In this document: in pieces, positions 54,289 to 64,000 of the stretch
How the letters are laid out: each line of letters starts with the position of its first letter
Numbering within the stretch: position 1 is the stretch's first letter
Assembly (NCBI RefSeq): GCF_058153355.1
Contig: NZ_CM177019.1
Direction: 5' to 3' (one strand)
DNA: 64,000 nt
The notes under the pieces: generated by a model
The model's database searches: none
Told to the model about the DNA's origin: nothing
What the model saw: only the letters and a program-made list of their open reading frames with translations
Program-made: the position numbers and the translations under genes

Positions 54289-55602
54289 TTATTGATCCGC
54301 AGTTTTATCAAATTTGCCCAGCACTTCGCGCTCATAAGCCAGCGCTTTCTTACGGTCAAATTTGTGTTCCCACTTGGCAATCACCAGCACCGCCAGCGCA
54401 TTACCCACCACGTTCAGCGCAGTACGCGCCATGTCGAGGATACGGTCAACACCGGCAATAAACGCCAGACCTTCCAGCGGGATCCCTACGCTGCCCAGCG
54501 TTGCCAGCAACACCACAAACGACACGCCCGGCACGCCAGCAATCCCTTTCGAGGTCACCATCAGCGTCAGCACCAGAATGATTTCCTGCCAGATGGACAG
54601 GTCAATACCATACAGTTGAGCGATGAAGATAGCGGCAATACTTTGATATAGCGTTGAACCATCAAGGTTAAAAGAGTAACCGGTCGGCACCACGAAACTG
54701 GTGATCGACGCCGGTGCACCGTAGGCTTCCATCTTCTCAATAATTCGCGGCAGCACGCTTTCAGAACTGGCAGTGGAGTACGCCAGAATCAGCTCATCTT
54801 TCAGAATACGAATCAGGATCCAGACGCTTAACCCGCACAGGCGCGCCACAATTCCCAGCACTACCAGCGCGAAGAACAGAATGGCGAAATGCACCAGCAG
54901 CACCAGTTTCGCCAGTGGCCACAGAGACGAGAAACCAAAGTTAGCCACCGTCACCGCAATCAGCGCAAACACACCTACCGGCGCGTAACGCATCACCATG
55001 TGAGTCACTTTAAACATGGTTTCAGAAATGGAGCGGAACACGGTCACCAGCGGTTCACGATGCGTTGCGGGCAGGGAGGAAAGCCCCAGACCAAACAGTA
55101 CCGAGAAGAAGATGATCGGTAACATTTCGCCTTTCGCCATCGACGCCACAATATTCGTCGGCACCAGAGACAAAATCGTGCCCATAATACCGTGGGAACT
55201 GCTCTGTACCGCTTCTGTAGTGCTCTGATATTTCGAGATATCGACGGTCGCCAGCTGCGACATATCCACCCCGGCACCGGGCTGGAAGACGTTCGCCAGG
55301 GTGATCCCCAGAATGATGGCGACAGTGGTGATCACCTCGAAATAGATAATGGTTTTCGCGCCAATACGCCCGAGCTGTTTGGCATCACCAACACCCGCGA
55401 TACCCACCACCAGCGTGGAGATCACAATCGGCACAACAATCATTTTGATCAGATGGATGAAGATATCACCCGCCGGAGAGAGCAAATTGACGACCAGCCA
55501 TTCGCGACTGTCGCTATGGTAGTGCAGGTAGCTTCCCAGGAGAATGCCCAGCACCATAGCAAACAGAATCTGCCAGGCCAGGCTGAATTTTATATTTTTC
55601 AT
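54289..55602 (-). CDS. gltP: Glutamate/aspartate:H+ symporter GltP (437 aa)
   Basis: Recognised DAACS-family transporter sequence MKNIKFSLAWQILFAMVLGILLGSYLHYHS... Confidence 0.93.
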   Translation of the reverse strand: MKNIKFSLAWQILFAMVLGILLGSYLHYHSDSREWLVVNLLSPAGDIFIHLIKMIVVPIVISTLVVGIAGVGDAKQLGRIGAKTIIYFEVITTVAIILGITLANVFQPGAGVDMSQLATVDISKYQSTTEAVQSSSHGIMGTILSLVPTNIVASMAKGEMLPIIFFSVLFGLGLSSLPATHREPLVTVFRSISETMFKVTHMVMRYAPVGVFALIAVTVANFGFSSLWPLAKLVLLVHFAILFFALVVLGIVARLCGLSVWILIRILKDELILAYSTASSESVLPRIIEKMEAYGAPASITSFVVPTGYSFNLDGSTLYQSIAAIFIAQLYGIDLSIWQEIILVLTLMVTSKGIAGVPGVSFVVLLATLGSVGIPLEGLAFIAGVDRILDMARTALNVVGNALAVLVIAKWEHKFDRKKALAYEREVLGKFDKTADQ

Positions 55603-55943
55603 CAGAATAACTTCCTCAATGGAGCGCCGTTCCCCGTTCAGAAACGCGAGAACGTGACATACTGCCAGGGCATGAATTGTGTTGCGTTGGTTTGTAGATT
55701 TTTTTAACGCTTATGATCAGTATCATTTGCGCGGTATGTTGCGCAACCCTTTAACAACAGAGCTTTTCGCTGCATTAATGCATAATAACGCGAGTTTATG
55801 GCAGGATTAATGAATAACCATTTGTTATGGAAAGATTTTTATTTGTTTAACCTGCAATAATACTGATTAGTGATTATTTTGGGCATATGTTCATTCGATT
55901 ATTTTTTATGCAGCTCAATAACATAATCTTCATCACCAGATGA

Positions 55944-56540
55944 TTAATCTGATCTCCGCTGCAACAGTTTCGCCAAATTAATCGACTCGACCAGCTGTGT
56001 CCGGTTGATCCGGGGTGAGTTGAGATCCATCACTTTTTGCCATAGTTCGATGGCTTGCGCGTAATTCGCCTGCATAAACGCATCGGAAGCCAGCAGCATC
56101 AGAGCGGTGATTTCGTTAGAGTCCAGCGCGAGGGCTTTGTCGATCATTGCGCGAGTCTGGACGGTCATATGCTGGCTGCCCTGGTAATACAGCACCGTCG
56201 CCAGCGCCGCATACAGTTCAGCGTTATCGCCACGTAGTTGCAACGCCTGACGGTACGCCAGCAGCGAATTACTGTAATCGTTTTGCCACAAATAGTACTC
56301 ACCCAGTAACGCCCACTGTTCGCTGTTTTGTGGATAAGCGCGGATTTTATCCTGCAATGCCTGAAGCTGCGCTTCCGGGGTTTGCTGGCTGGCAAACTGA
56401 TATAGCGGATCGCGCTGACGCTGATACTCCGCACGTACCGCCTGCCATTTTGGGCTTAACAGATAACTGCCGACACAGAGAAATACCATCAATATCGTGA
56501 GTGTTGTCAGCATTTTCACCGGTATTTGAGGCTGTTTCAT
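55944..56540 (-). CDS. nrfG: Formate-dependent nitrite reductase assembly protein NrfG (TPR; 198 aa)
   Basis: Start [17 protein letters not shown] chosen within the longer ORF at the overlap with the nrfF stop; TPR repeats. Confidence 0.88.
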   Translation of the reverse strand: MKQPQIPVKMLTTLTILMVFLCVGSYLLSPKWQAVRAEYQRQRDPLYQFASQQTPEAQLQALQDKIRAYPQNSEQWALLGEYYLWQNDYSNSLLAYRQALQLRGDNAELYAALATVLYYQGSQHMTVQTRAMIDKALALDSNEITALMLLASDAFMQANYAQAIELWQKVMDLNSPRINRTQLVESINLAKLLQRRSD

Positions 56541-56920
56541 CGCTTCGCCCTTACCCGCCAGAGGATCAGTATCATCAGCAGTAACAACACCACTGGCAGC
56601 GCCCACAACACCAACGTCTGACCGGTTAACGGTGGGTTATAGCGAACAAAATCTCCGTAGCGTTCGGTCATCCAGCCAATGATTTCGACTTCACTTTTCC
56701 CCTCCGCCACCATGCTGTAAACCTGATGGCGCATACTGACTGCCACCGGCGCATTGGATTCCAGTAAGTTCTGATTCTGGCACTGCGGGCAGCGTAACTG
56801 GCTGGCAATAGTTAACGCCTGTTCCTGTTGTTGCGGATTGGCGAATTGCCAGGTGTCTACAACCTGAGCGCGCGCAAAACAGGTAAATAACAGCAGTAGC
56901 GTGAGAAGCCCTTTATTCAT
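56537..56920 (-). CDS. nrfF: NrfF (CcmH-like heme lyase component)
   Basis: Signal peptide and CPQC motif. Confidence 0.9.
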   Translation of the reverse strand: MNKGLLTLLLLFTCFARAQVVDTWQFANPQQQEQALTIASQLRCPQCQNQNLLESNAPVAVSMRHQVYSMVAEGKSEVEIIGWMTERYGDFVRYNPPLTGQTLVLWALPVVLLLLMILILWRVRAKR

Positions 56921-58571
56921 CGCGCTTCCTCCCCCGCCATCCGCTTAACAATGCGCCCGCAATCATCAACAATCCTCCCCCCCAGATCCAGCGCACACCG
57001 CGTTGTACATACAAACGAAAAGCGTAACGATCCGCTCCGGTTTTCTCGCCCATGACCGCATACCAGTCATGGATGCCGTTCCAGCGAATTGCCGGTTCCA
57101 TCATTTGCTGACGACGTGCTTCGTAAAAACGCCGCTCCGGCGTCAGTTCACCAATGCGTTGCTGATGGTCAAACAGCGCCACTATCGCTTTTTCGCTGGT
57201 GTAATTACCTTTGGCTTGCAGATCGAGGCGCTCAAAACGGAAGGTATATCCTGCCAGAGTCACCTGCTGACCCGGCTGTAAATTCAGGCTGCTCTCCTGA
57301 CGGCTGACGCTTGAAACCACGATCCCCGCGGCAAATAACAGCACGCCCGCATGAGCCAGCAGCGCCGGAAGCTGCACGCGTTTGCCAGAGACAAACGTCG
57401 CCAGCACAATCACCACCAGCATCAACAGACCAAACGGTAACGTCGCGCGGTTAAAATACGGCGCGCCAACGGAGAGGCGTCCCCAGCCCAGCAGGCCGTA
57501 AATCATCGGATAAAGCGTTCCCACCAGCACTATCAGTAGCACTGCGCAAAACAGCAACAGCGTAGCGAGGATTAACATTTCCCGCGATAACCCCGAAAAA
57601 CGCACCGCCGGGCCACCGTCCCGCGCTCGCCAGCCATACAGAGCCAGAGACGCAAGGCTAATCAGTGCAAACAGGCTGAACAACGGCACGGCGCGGACGT
57701 TATCCAGTGCGAACGCATGAACCGAAACCAGAATGCCAGAACGGACAATTAAGGTGCCCAGCAGCGACAGCATCAGAGTAACTATCGCCAGTAACAGCGA
57801 CCAGTGGCGGAAAATCCCCCGCTGGCGTGTCAGGGACAAACTGTGCAGCAGCGCAGTGGCAGAAAGCCAGGGTAATAAAGAGGCGTTTTCCACCGGGTCC
57901 CAGAACCACCAGCCGCCCCAGCCCAGTTCGCAATAGGCCCACCAGGAACCAAGGATGATCCCCGCCGTTAATGCGCTCCAGCCAGGTAGTGCCCAACGCC
58001 AGCAAATTCGGGCGTTGACACCATCAAACTCGCCGCGCAGTAGACTCGCCAGCGCCACGCTCGCCGCTACCATCAAACCGCCATAGCCAAGATAAAGCAG
58101 CGGTGGATGAAAGATAAGACCGGGATGTTGCAGCATCGGATTGAGATCTCGGCCTTCGATTGCTGGTGGAAATATCCGCACGAAGGGATCGGACCACAGC
58201 ACCACAAACAGTAGCAGTGCGGCGAGCATGAGAGATAAAACGGCTAGCGTCAGCGGAAATAGCGGATCGGTTTGCTGCCGATAATGCCAGGCAAACAGCG
58301 CGCTCCACGCGGAAAGGAGTAGCACCCAAAGTAGCAGCGAACCTTCATGCCCTCCCCACACTGCCGCCAGTTTGAGTTCCCACGACAGCAGGCTGTAGCT
58401 ATGTTGGGCGACATAAATGACCGAGAAATCGCTGATGAGAAAACAATACGTCAGTACGCCAAAGGCGAGCAGCAGGAGCGCGAACTGCGCCAGAATGCCG
58501 ATGCAAGTGAGTCGCATCATGGCAGGCCAGCGCAACCGCACTCCCGCAAAGGTTGTCAACGGGGTCAACAC
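56913..58571 (-). CDS. nrfE: NrfE (CcmF-like cytochrome c heme lyase); start codon uncertain (GTG at 58571 or TTG at 58595)
   Basis: Large polytopic CcmF-family protein; 552-aa length obtained with the GTG start. Confidence 0.85.
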   Translation of the reverse strand: MLTPLTTFAGVRLRWPAMMRLTCIGILAQFALLLLAFGVLTYCFLISDFSVIYVAQHSYSLLSWELKLAAVWGGHEGSLLLWVLLLSAWSALFAWHYRQQTDPLFPLTLAVLSLMLAALLLFVVLWSDPFVRIFPPAIEGRDLNPMLQHPGLIFHPPLLYLGYGGLMVAASVALASLLRGEFDGVNARICWRWALPGWSALTAGIILGSWWAYCELGWGGWWFWDPVENASLLPWLSATALLHSLSLTRQRGIFRHWSLLLAIVTLMLSLLGTLIVRSGILVSVHAFALDNVRAVPLFSLFALISLASLALYGWRARDGGPAVRFSGLSREMLILATLLLFCAVLLIVLVGTLYPMIYGLLGWGRLSVGAPYFNRATLPFGLLMLVVIVLATFVSGKRVQLPALLAHAGVLLFAAGIVVSSVSRQESSLNLQPGQQVTLAGYTFRFERLDLQAKGNYTSEKAIVALFDHQQRIGELTPERRFYEARRQQMMEPAIRWNGIHDWYAVMGEKTGADRYAFRLYVQRGVRWIWGGGLLMIAGALLSGWRGRKRDE

Positions 58572-58650
58572 GTTGACCCCAAGACTTAACAACAACGCCA
58601 GAAAACCGACTTCAGGAAGGAATACGTCCAGAAACCACCTCTTTTCTGGC

Positions 58651-59607
58651 TTACGCCACCGTCAACTGCCCAGCGTAGAGAATGAAAAAGCGCAGCATCA
58701 ACACCCCGACCAGGCTGGCCCCACACGCTGCCAGCACGGCAGGAATTCCGGAACTGCGATTGACCCACGGTTTGAGCAACATTGGCACAATCAGCCCCAA
58801 CCCGGCGACACCAAGCCAGAACCACCACGTCCAGAAACCACCGCCCAATGCTGCCACCAGCGCACGCACTTTGCCGTCATCGCCCAGCGCCAGTCCAACA
58901 AAAAACGCCACCAGCAAGAAGATTTCGCCCCATACCACAGGGATTTCCATACGGTGAACAAAGTGCGCTTCCGTGGAATGCGGGTTACTGCGTTGGCGTA
59001 TCGCCATAGCGATCAACGCCACCGCCGCACCGGACGAAATGCCGGAGAAGAGGAATAGCACCGGTAAAATCGGATTATTGAGGAACGGATATGATTTCAG
59101 CGCAGACAGCAGAAAGCCGGTATAAGCCCCCAGCAACACCGCCAGCACCAGCATTAGCGTTTCCAGTCCGCGGTGAACGGGCGTCAGCAGGCTCAGAACC
59201 TTTTGCACAATTCCCAGCTTCGGCAACCAGCGTTGTTGCAGGGCAAGCAAATCGTGTTCAAAGATTTTCGCCAGCCACAACACCAGCACCACCATGTAGA
59301 GCTGAAACAGCATCACCCCCATCGACATCACCGAGGTAAAACTGTAATGGAACATCAGCTTCCAGAAGGTCCACGGTCTTGTCAGGTGGAAGACGAGAAT
59401 CAACAGACCGAGGATCACCGCGCCAGGCCCGACAATCAGCGTGGTTCGCAGCAACGTACTGTCTGCACCACCCGCCTGCGGGTAGAAGCGACGTAACAGC
59501 ACGGCCAGCGTCACCAGACCGGCAGAAATACCAATCAAAAACAGGTAGATGGCAATCGGCCAGTCCCACACCAGCGATTCAAAATGAAATGCGGAAGTCT
59601 GCGTCAT
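58651..59607 (-). CDS. nrfD: NrfD membrane quinol dehydrogenase subunit
   Basis: Polytopic NrfD/PsrC-family protein; overlaps nrfC stop. Confidence 0.92.
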   Translation of the reverse strand: MTQTSAFHFESLVWDWPIAIYLFLIGISAGLVTLAVLLRRFYPQAGGADSTLLRTTLIVGPGAVILGLLILVFHLTRPWTFWKLMFHYSFTSVMSMGVMLFQLYMVVLVLWLAKIFEHDLLALQQRWLPKLGIVQKVLSLLTPVHRGLETLMLVLAVLLGAYTGFLLSALKSYPFLNNPILPVLFLFSGISSGAAVALIAMAIRQRSNPHSTEAHFVHRMEIPVVWGEIFLLVAFFVGLALGDDGKVRALVAALGGGFWTWWFWLGVAGLGLIVPMLLKPWVNRSSGIPAVLAACGASLVGVLMLRFFILYAGQLTVA

Positions 59608-60275
59608 TGGCTCACCTCCCCGTATTTAAACGGTACGCGGTACAGCTTCGGTTTGGTTCCCAGCGCCAGCTTGTAGCGGTAAGTGGGCTTCTGGCGTAGC
59701 AGTTGTGAAATCTCACTGTTGGGATCGTCCAGATTGCCAAACGTCAGCGCCTTCGTCGGGCAAGCCTCAACGCACGCGGGGAGCTTACCGGCCTGCAAAT
59801 TGGTCTTACGGCAGAAATCGCATTTGTCCGCCGTCTTCGTGACCGGATGGATAAAGCGCACACGGTACGGACAGGCGGCGATGCAGTACTGACAACCGAC
59901 GCAGAGATCCGGGTTAACATCGACAATCCCGCTGGCAGCATCGCGAAAAGACGCACCCGTTGGGCAGACGTCAACGCACGGTGCATGGTCGCAGTGCTGG
60001 CAAGACTTACGAAAGAAGCGATATTTCACATCAGGAAATTCGCCCTGCGGCTCGCTACGAATAATTGTCAGGCGCGAGACGCCTTCCGGCACCTTGTTCA
60101 CTTCCCGACAAGCATCCATACAGGCAGTACAGCCGATGCATAACGACTCGTCATGCACCATGCCGTAACGCACCCCATTGATATTCAACGTTTTCGCCAC
60201 CACGCGTCCTGCGGTGCCGCTGACGGCTGCCAGCACGCCGACGCCGGTGAGAAACTGGCGACGAGACCAGGTCAT
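59604..60275 (-). CDS. nrfC: NrfC 4Fe-4S ferredoxin-type subunit with Tat signal
   Basis: RRQFL twin-arginine motif; multiple CxxCxxCxxxCP clusters. Confidence 0.92.
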   Translation of the reverse strand: MTWSRRQFLTGVGVLAAVSGTAGRVVAKTLNINGVRYGMVHDESLCIGCTACMDACREVNKVPEGVSRLTIIRSEPQGEFPDVKYRFFRKSCQHCDHAPCVDVCPTGASFRDAASGIVDVNPDLCVGCQYCIAACPYRVRFIHPVTKTADKCDFCRKTNLQAGKLPACVEACPTKALTFGNLDDPNSEISQLLRQKPTYRYKLALGTKPKLYRVPFKYGEVSQ

Positions 60276-60838
60276 GGCTGCTCCTTAAGCAACGGAACAG
60301 ACGCTGGGTTAAAGTTCGGATTGGTGCGCTGATCGCTGTGGCAATCGACGCAAATCTTAATCCGTCCTTTGTCACTTAACGTCTGCATCGTATCTTGCTG
60401 TGGATGCAGGGAATGGCAGCTGGCGCACGCCACTTTGGTTACGTGGACATCGTGCGGCCAGAACGCTTTTTGCAACTGTTCCGGCAGATGGCAGGACATA
60501 CAGACGCTGTTCTGCTCTCCAACCTTGTACATCGGCTCGTTAAAGCGCATCACATCTTTCACCCCTTCGCGGTGTTGCGGTGATGGCTGGCCGTGACAGT
60601 TGGTGCAGGTGACCGGCAGTTTGTTATTCGGGTTGATAACGGAAGCATGTTTGCCATGCATACCTTCGGTATCTGGTTTATGACAGTCCAGACAGGCGGC
60701 ATCCGGGTTACGCTGCTGGGTAACTTCGTAGCGATCACCAGATGCCTGCGACGCAGGGGTAGCGGTAATTCCGTTCAGGCTCCACAACAGGCCCGACGCC
60801 AGCACCCCGGCAGTTAATAACGAACGTAATACGCTCAT
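60272..60838 (-). CDS. nrfB: NrfB pentaheme cytochrome c (188 aa)
   Basis: Five CxxCH motifs; start [16 protein letters not shown] chosen. Confidence 0.9.
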   Translation of the reverse strand: MSVLRSLLTAGVLASGLLWSLNGITATPASQASGDRYEVTQQRNPDAACLDCHKPDTEGMHGKHASVINPNNKLPVTCTNCHGQPSPQHREGVKDVMRFNEPMYKVGEQNSVCMSCHLPEQLQKAFWPHDVHVTKVACASCHSLHPQQDTMQTLSDKGRIKICVDCHSDQRTNPNFNPASVPLLKEQP

Positions 60839-60882
60839 ATTCACTCCATTGTGTTTTCCGCCCCTTGCGAGGCGGAACGGGG

Positions 60883-62711
<1,829 letters not shown>

Positions 62712-64000
62712 ATGAGTCAAATTCACAAACACACCATTCCTGCCAACATCGCAGACCGTTGCCTGATAAACCCTCAGCAGTACGAGGCGATGTATCAACA
62801 ATCTATTAACGCACCAGATACCTTCTGGGGCGAACAGGGAAAAATTCTCGACTGGATCAAACCGTACCAGAAGGTGAAAAACACCTCCTTTGCCCCCGGT
62901 AATGTGTCCATTAAATGGTACGAGGACGGCACGCTGAATCTGGCGGCAAACTGCCTTGACCGCCATCTGCAAGAAAACGGCGATCGTACCGCCATCATCT
63001 GGGAAGGCGACGACGCCAGCCAGAGCAAACATATCAGCTATAAAGAGCTGCACCGCGACGTCTGCCGCTTCGCCAATACCCTGCTCGGGCTGGGCATTAA
63101 AAAAGGTGACGTGGTGGCGATTTATATGCCGATGGTGCCGGAAGCTGCGGTCGCAATGCTGGCCTGCGCCCGCATTGGCGCGGTGCATTCGGTAATTTTC
63201 GGCGGCTTCTCGCCGGAAGCCGTTGCCGGACGCATTATCGATTCTAACTCACGACTGGTGATCACTTCCGACGAAGGCGTGCGTGCCGGGCGTAGTATTC
63301 CGCTGAAGAAAAACGTTGATGACGCGCTGAAAAACCCGAACGTCACCAGCATTGAACATGTGGTGGTACTGAAGCGTACTGGCGGAAAAATTGACTGGCA
63401 GGAAGGGCGCGACCTCTGGTGGCACGACCTGGTTGAGCAAGCCAGCGATCAGCACCAGGCGGAAGAGATGAACGCCGAAGATCCGCTGTTTATTCTCTAT
63501 ACCTCCGGTTCTACCGGTAAGCCGAAAGGCGTGCTGCACACTACCGGCGGTTATCTGGTGTACGCGGCGCTGACCTTTAAATATGTCTTTGATTATCATC
63601 CTGGCGATATCTACTGGTGCACCGCCGATGTGGGCTGGGTTACCGGGCACAGTTATTTGCTGTATGGCCCGCTGGCCTGCGGCGCGACCACGTTGATGTT
63701 TGAAGGCGTACCGAACTGGCCGACGCCTGCCCGTATGGCCCAGGTGGTGGACAAGCATCAGGTCAATATTCTCTATACCGCGCCCACGGCGATCCGCGCG
63801 CTGATGGCAGAAGGCGATAAAGCGATCGAAGGCACTGACCGTTCGTCGCTGCGCATTCTCGGTTCCGTAGGCGAGCCAATCAACCCGGAAGCGTGGGAGT
63901 GGTACTGGAAGAAGATCGGCAACGAGAAATGTCCGGTAGTCGACACCTGGTGGCAGACCGAAACTGGCGGTTTCATGATCACGCCGCTGCCTGGCGCTAC
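62712..64000 (+). CDS. acs: Acetyl-CoA synthetase Acs, N-terminal 429 codons; 3' end lies outside the window
   Basis: Translation [44 protein letters not shown]...[11 protein letters not shown]...; absent from the ORF track because no stop occurs before the window end. Confidence 0.92.
   Translation, partial: MSQIHKHTIPANIADRCLINPQQYEAMYQQSINAPDTFWGEQGKILDWIKPYQKVKNTSFAPGNVSIKWYEDGTLNLAANCLDRHLQENGDRTAIIWEGDDASQSKHISYKELHRDVCRFANTLLGLGIKKGDVVAIYMPMVPEAAVAMLACARIGAVHSVIFGGFSPEAVAGRIIDSNSRLVITSDEGVRAGRSIPLKKNVDDALKNPNVTSIEHVVVLKRTGGKIDWQEGRDLWWHDLVEQASDQHQAEEMNAEDPLFILYTSGSTGKPKGVLHTTGGYLVYAALTFKYVFDYHPGDIYWCTADVGWVTGHSYLLYGPLACGATTLMFEGVPNWPTPARMAQVVDKHQVNILYTAPTAIRALMAEGDKAIEGTDRSSLRILGSVGEPINPEAWEWYWKKIGNEKCPVVDTWWQTETGGFMITPLPGA

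Overview
This window reads as an Escherichia coli chromosomal segment, co-linear with the K-12 lysU-to-acs region (about 4.28-4.36 Mb in MG1655) but in reverse orientation, and nearly every long ORF matches a known E. coli protein. Gene order is dtpC(partial)-lysU-[ghoT/ghoS]-yjdJ-yjdI-dcuSR-dcuB-fumB-yjdF-melA-melR-adiA-adiY-adiC-eptA-basRS/pmrR-proP-yjcZ-crfC-yjdM-yjdN-phnCDEFGHIJKLMNOP-yjdP-yjcS-ytcA-mdtNOP-fdhF-yjcO-gltP-nrfGFEDCBA-acs(partial). No tRNA, rRNA, CRISPR array or prophage was seen. The strain-specific features all rest on comparison with K-12 recalled from memory, not on a search. (1) A 2.47-kb IS66-family element (tnpA/tnpB/tnpC) with an 8-bp target duplication AGATAAAC sits inside the type V toxin gene ghoT, leaving the antitoxin gene ghoS intact. 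(2) A roughly 1.28-kb IS621-like IS110-family element sits inside a REP element between yjdM and yjdN, with the long non-coding left end where the published bridge RNA of this family is encoded. (3) melB is absent, with melA and yjdF stop codons overlapping. (4) The als operon and rpiR are absent and rpiB is a degraded remnant. (5) phnE is a single intact ORF, giving an uninterrupted 14-gene C-P lyase operon. Other notable items are fdhF selenocysteine recoding with its downstream stem-loop, the 29-codon pmrR antisense to the basS 3' end, REP/BIME arrays, and candidate regulatory sites and terminators. I found nothing I can defend as a wholly undescribed system; the most interesting loci are the two insertion sequences and the lineage-specific deletions.
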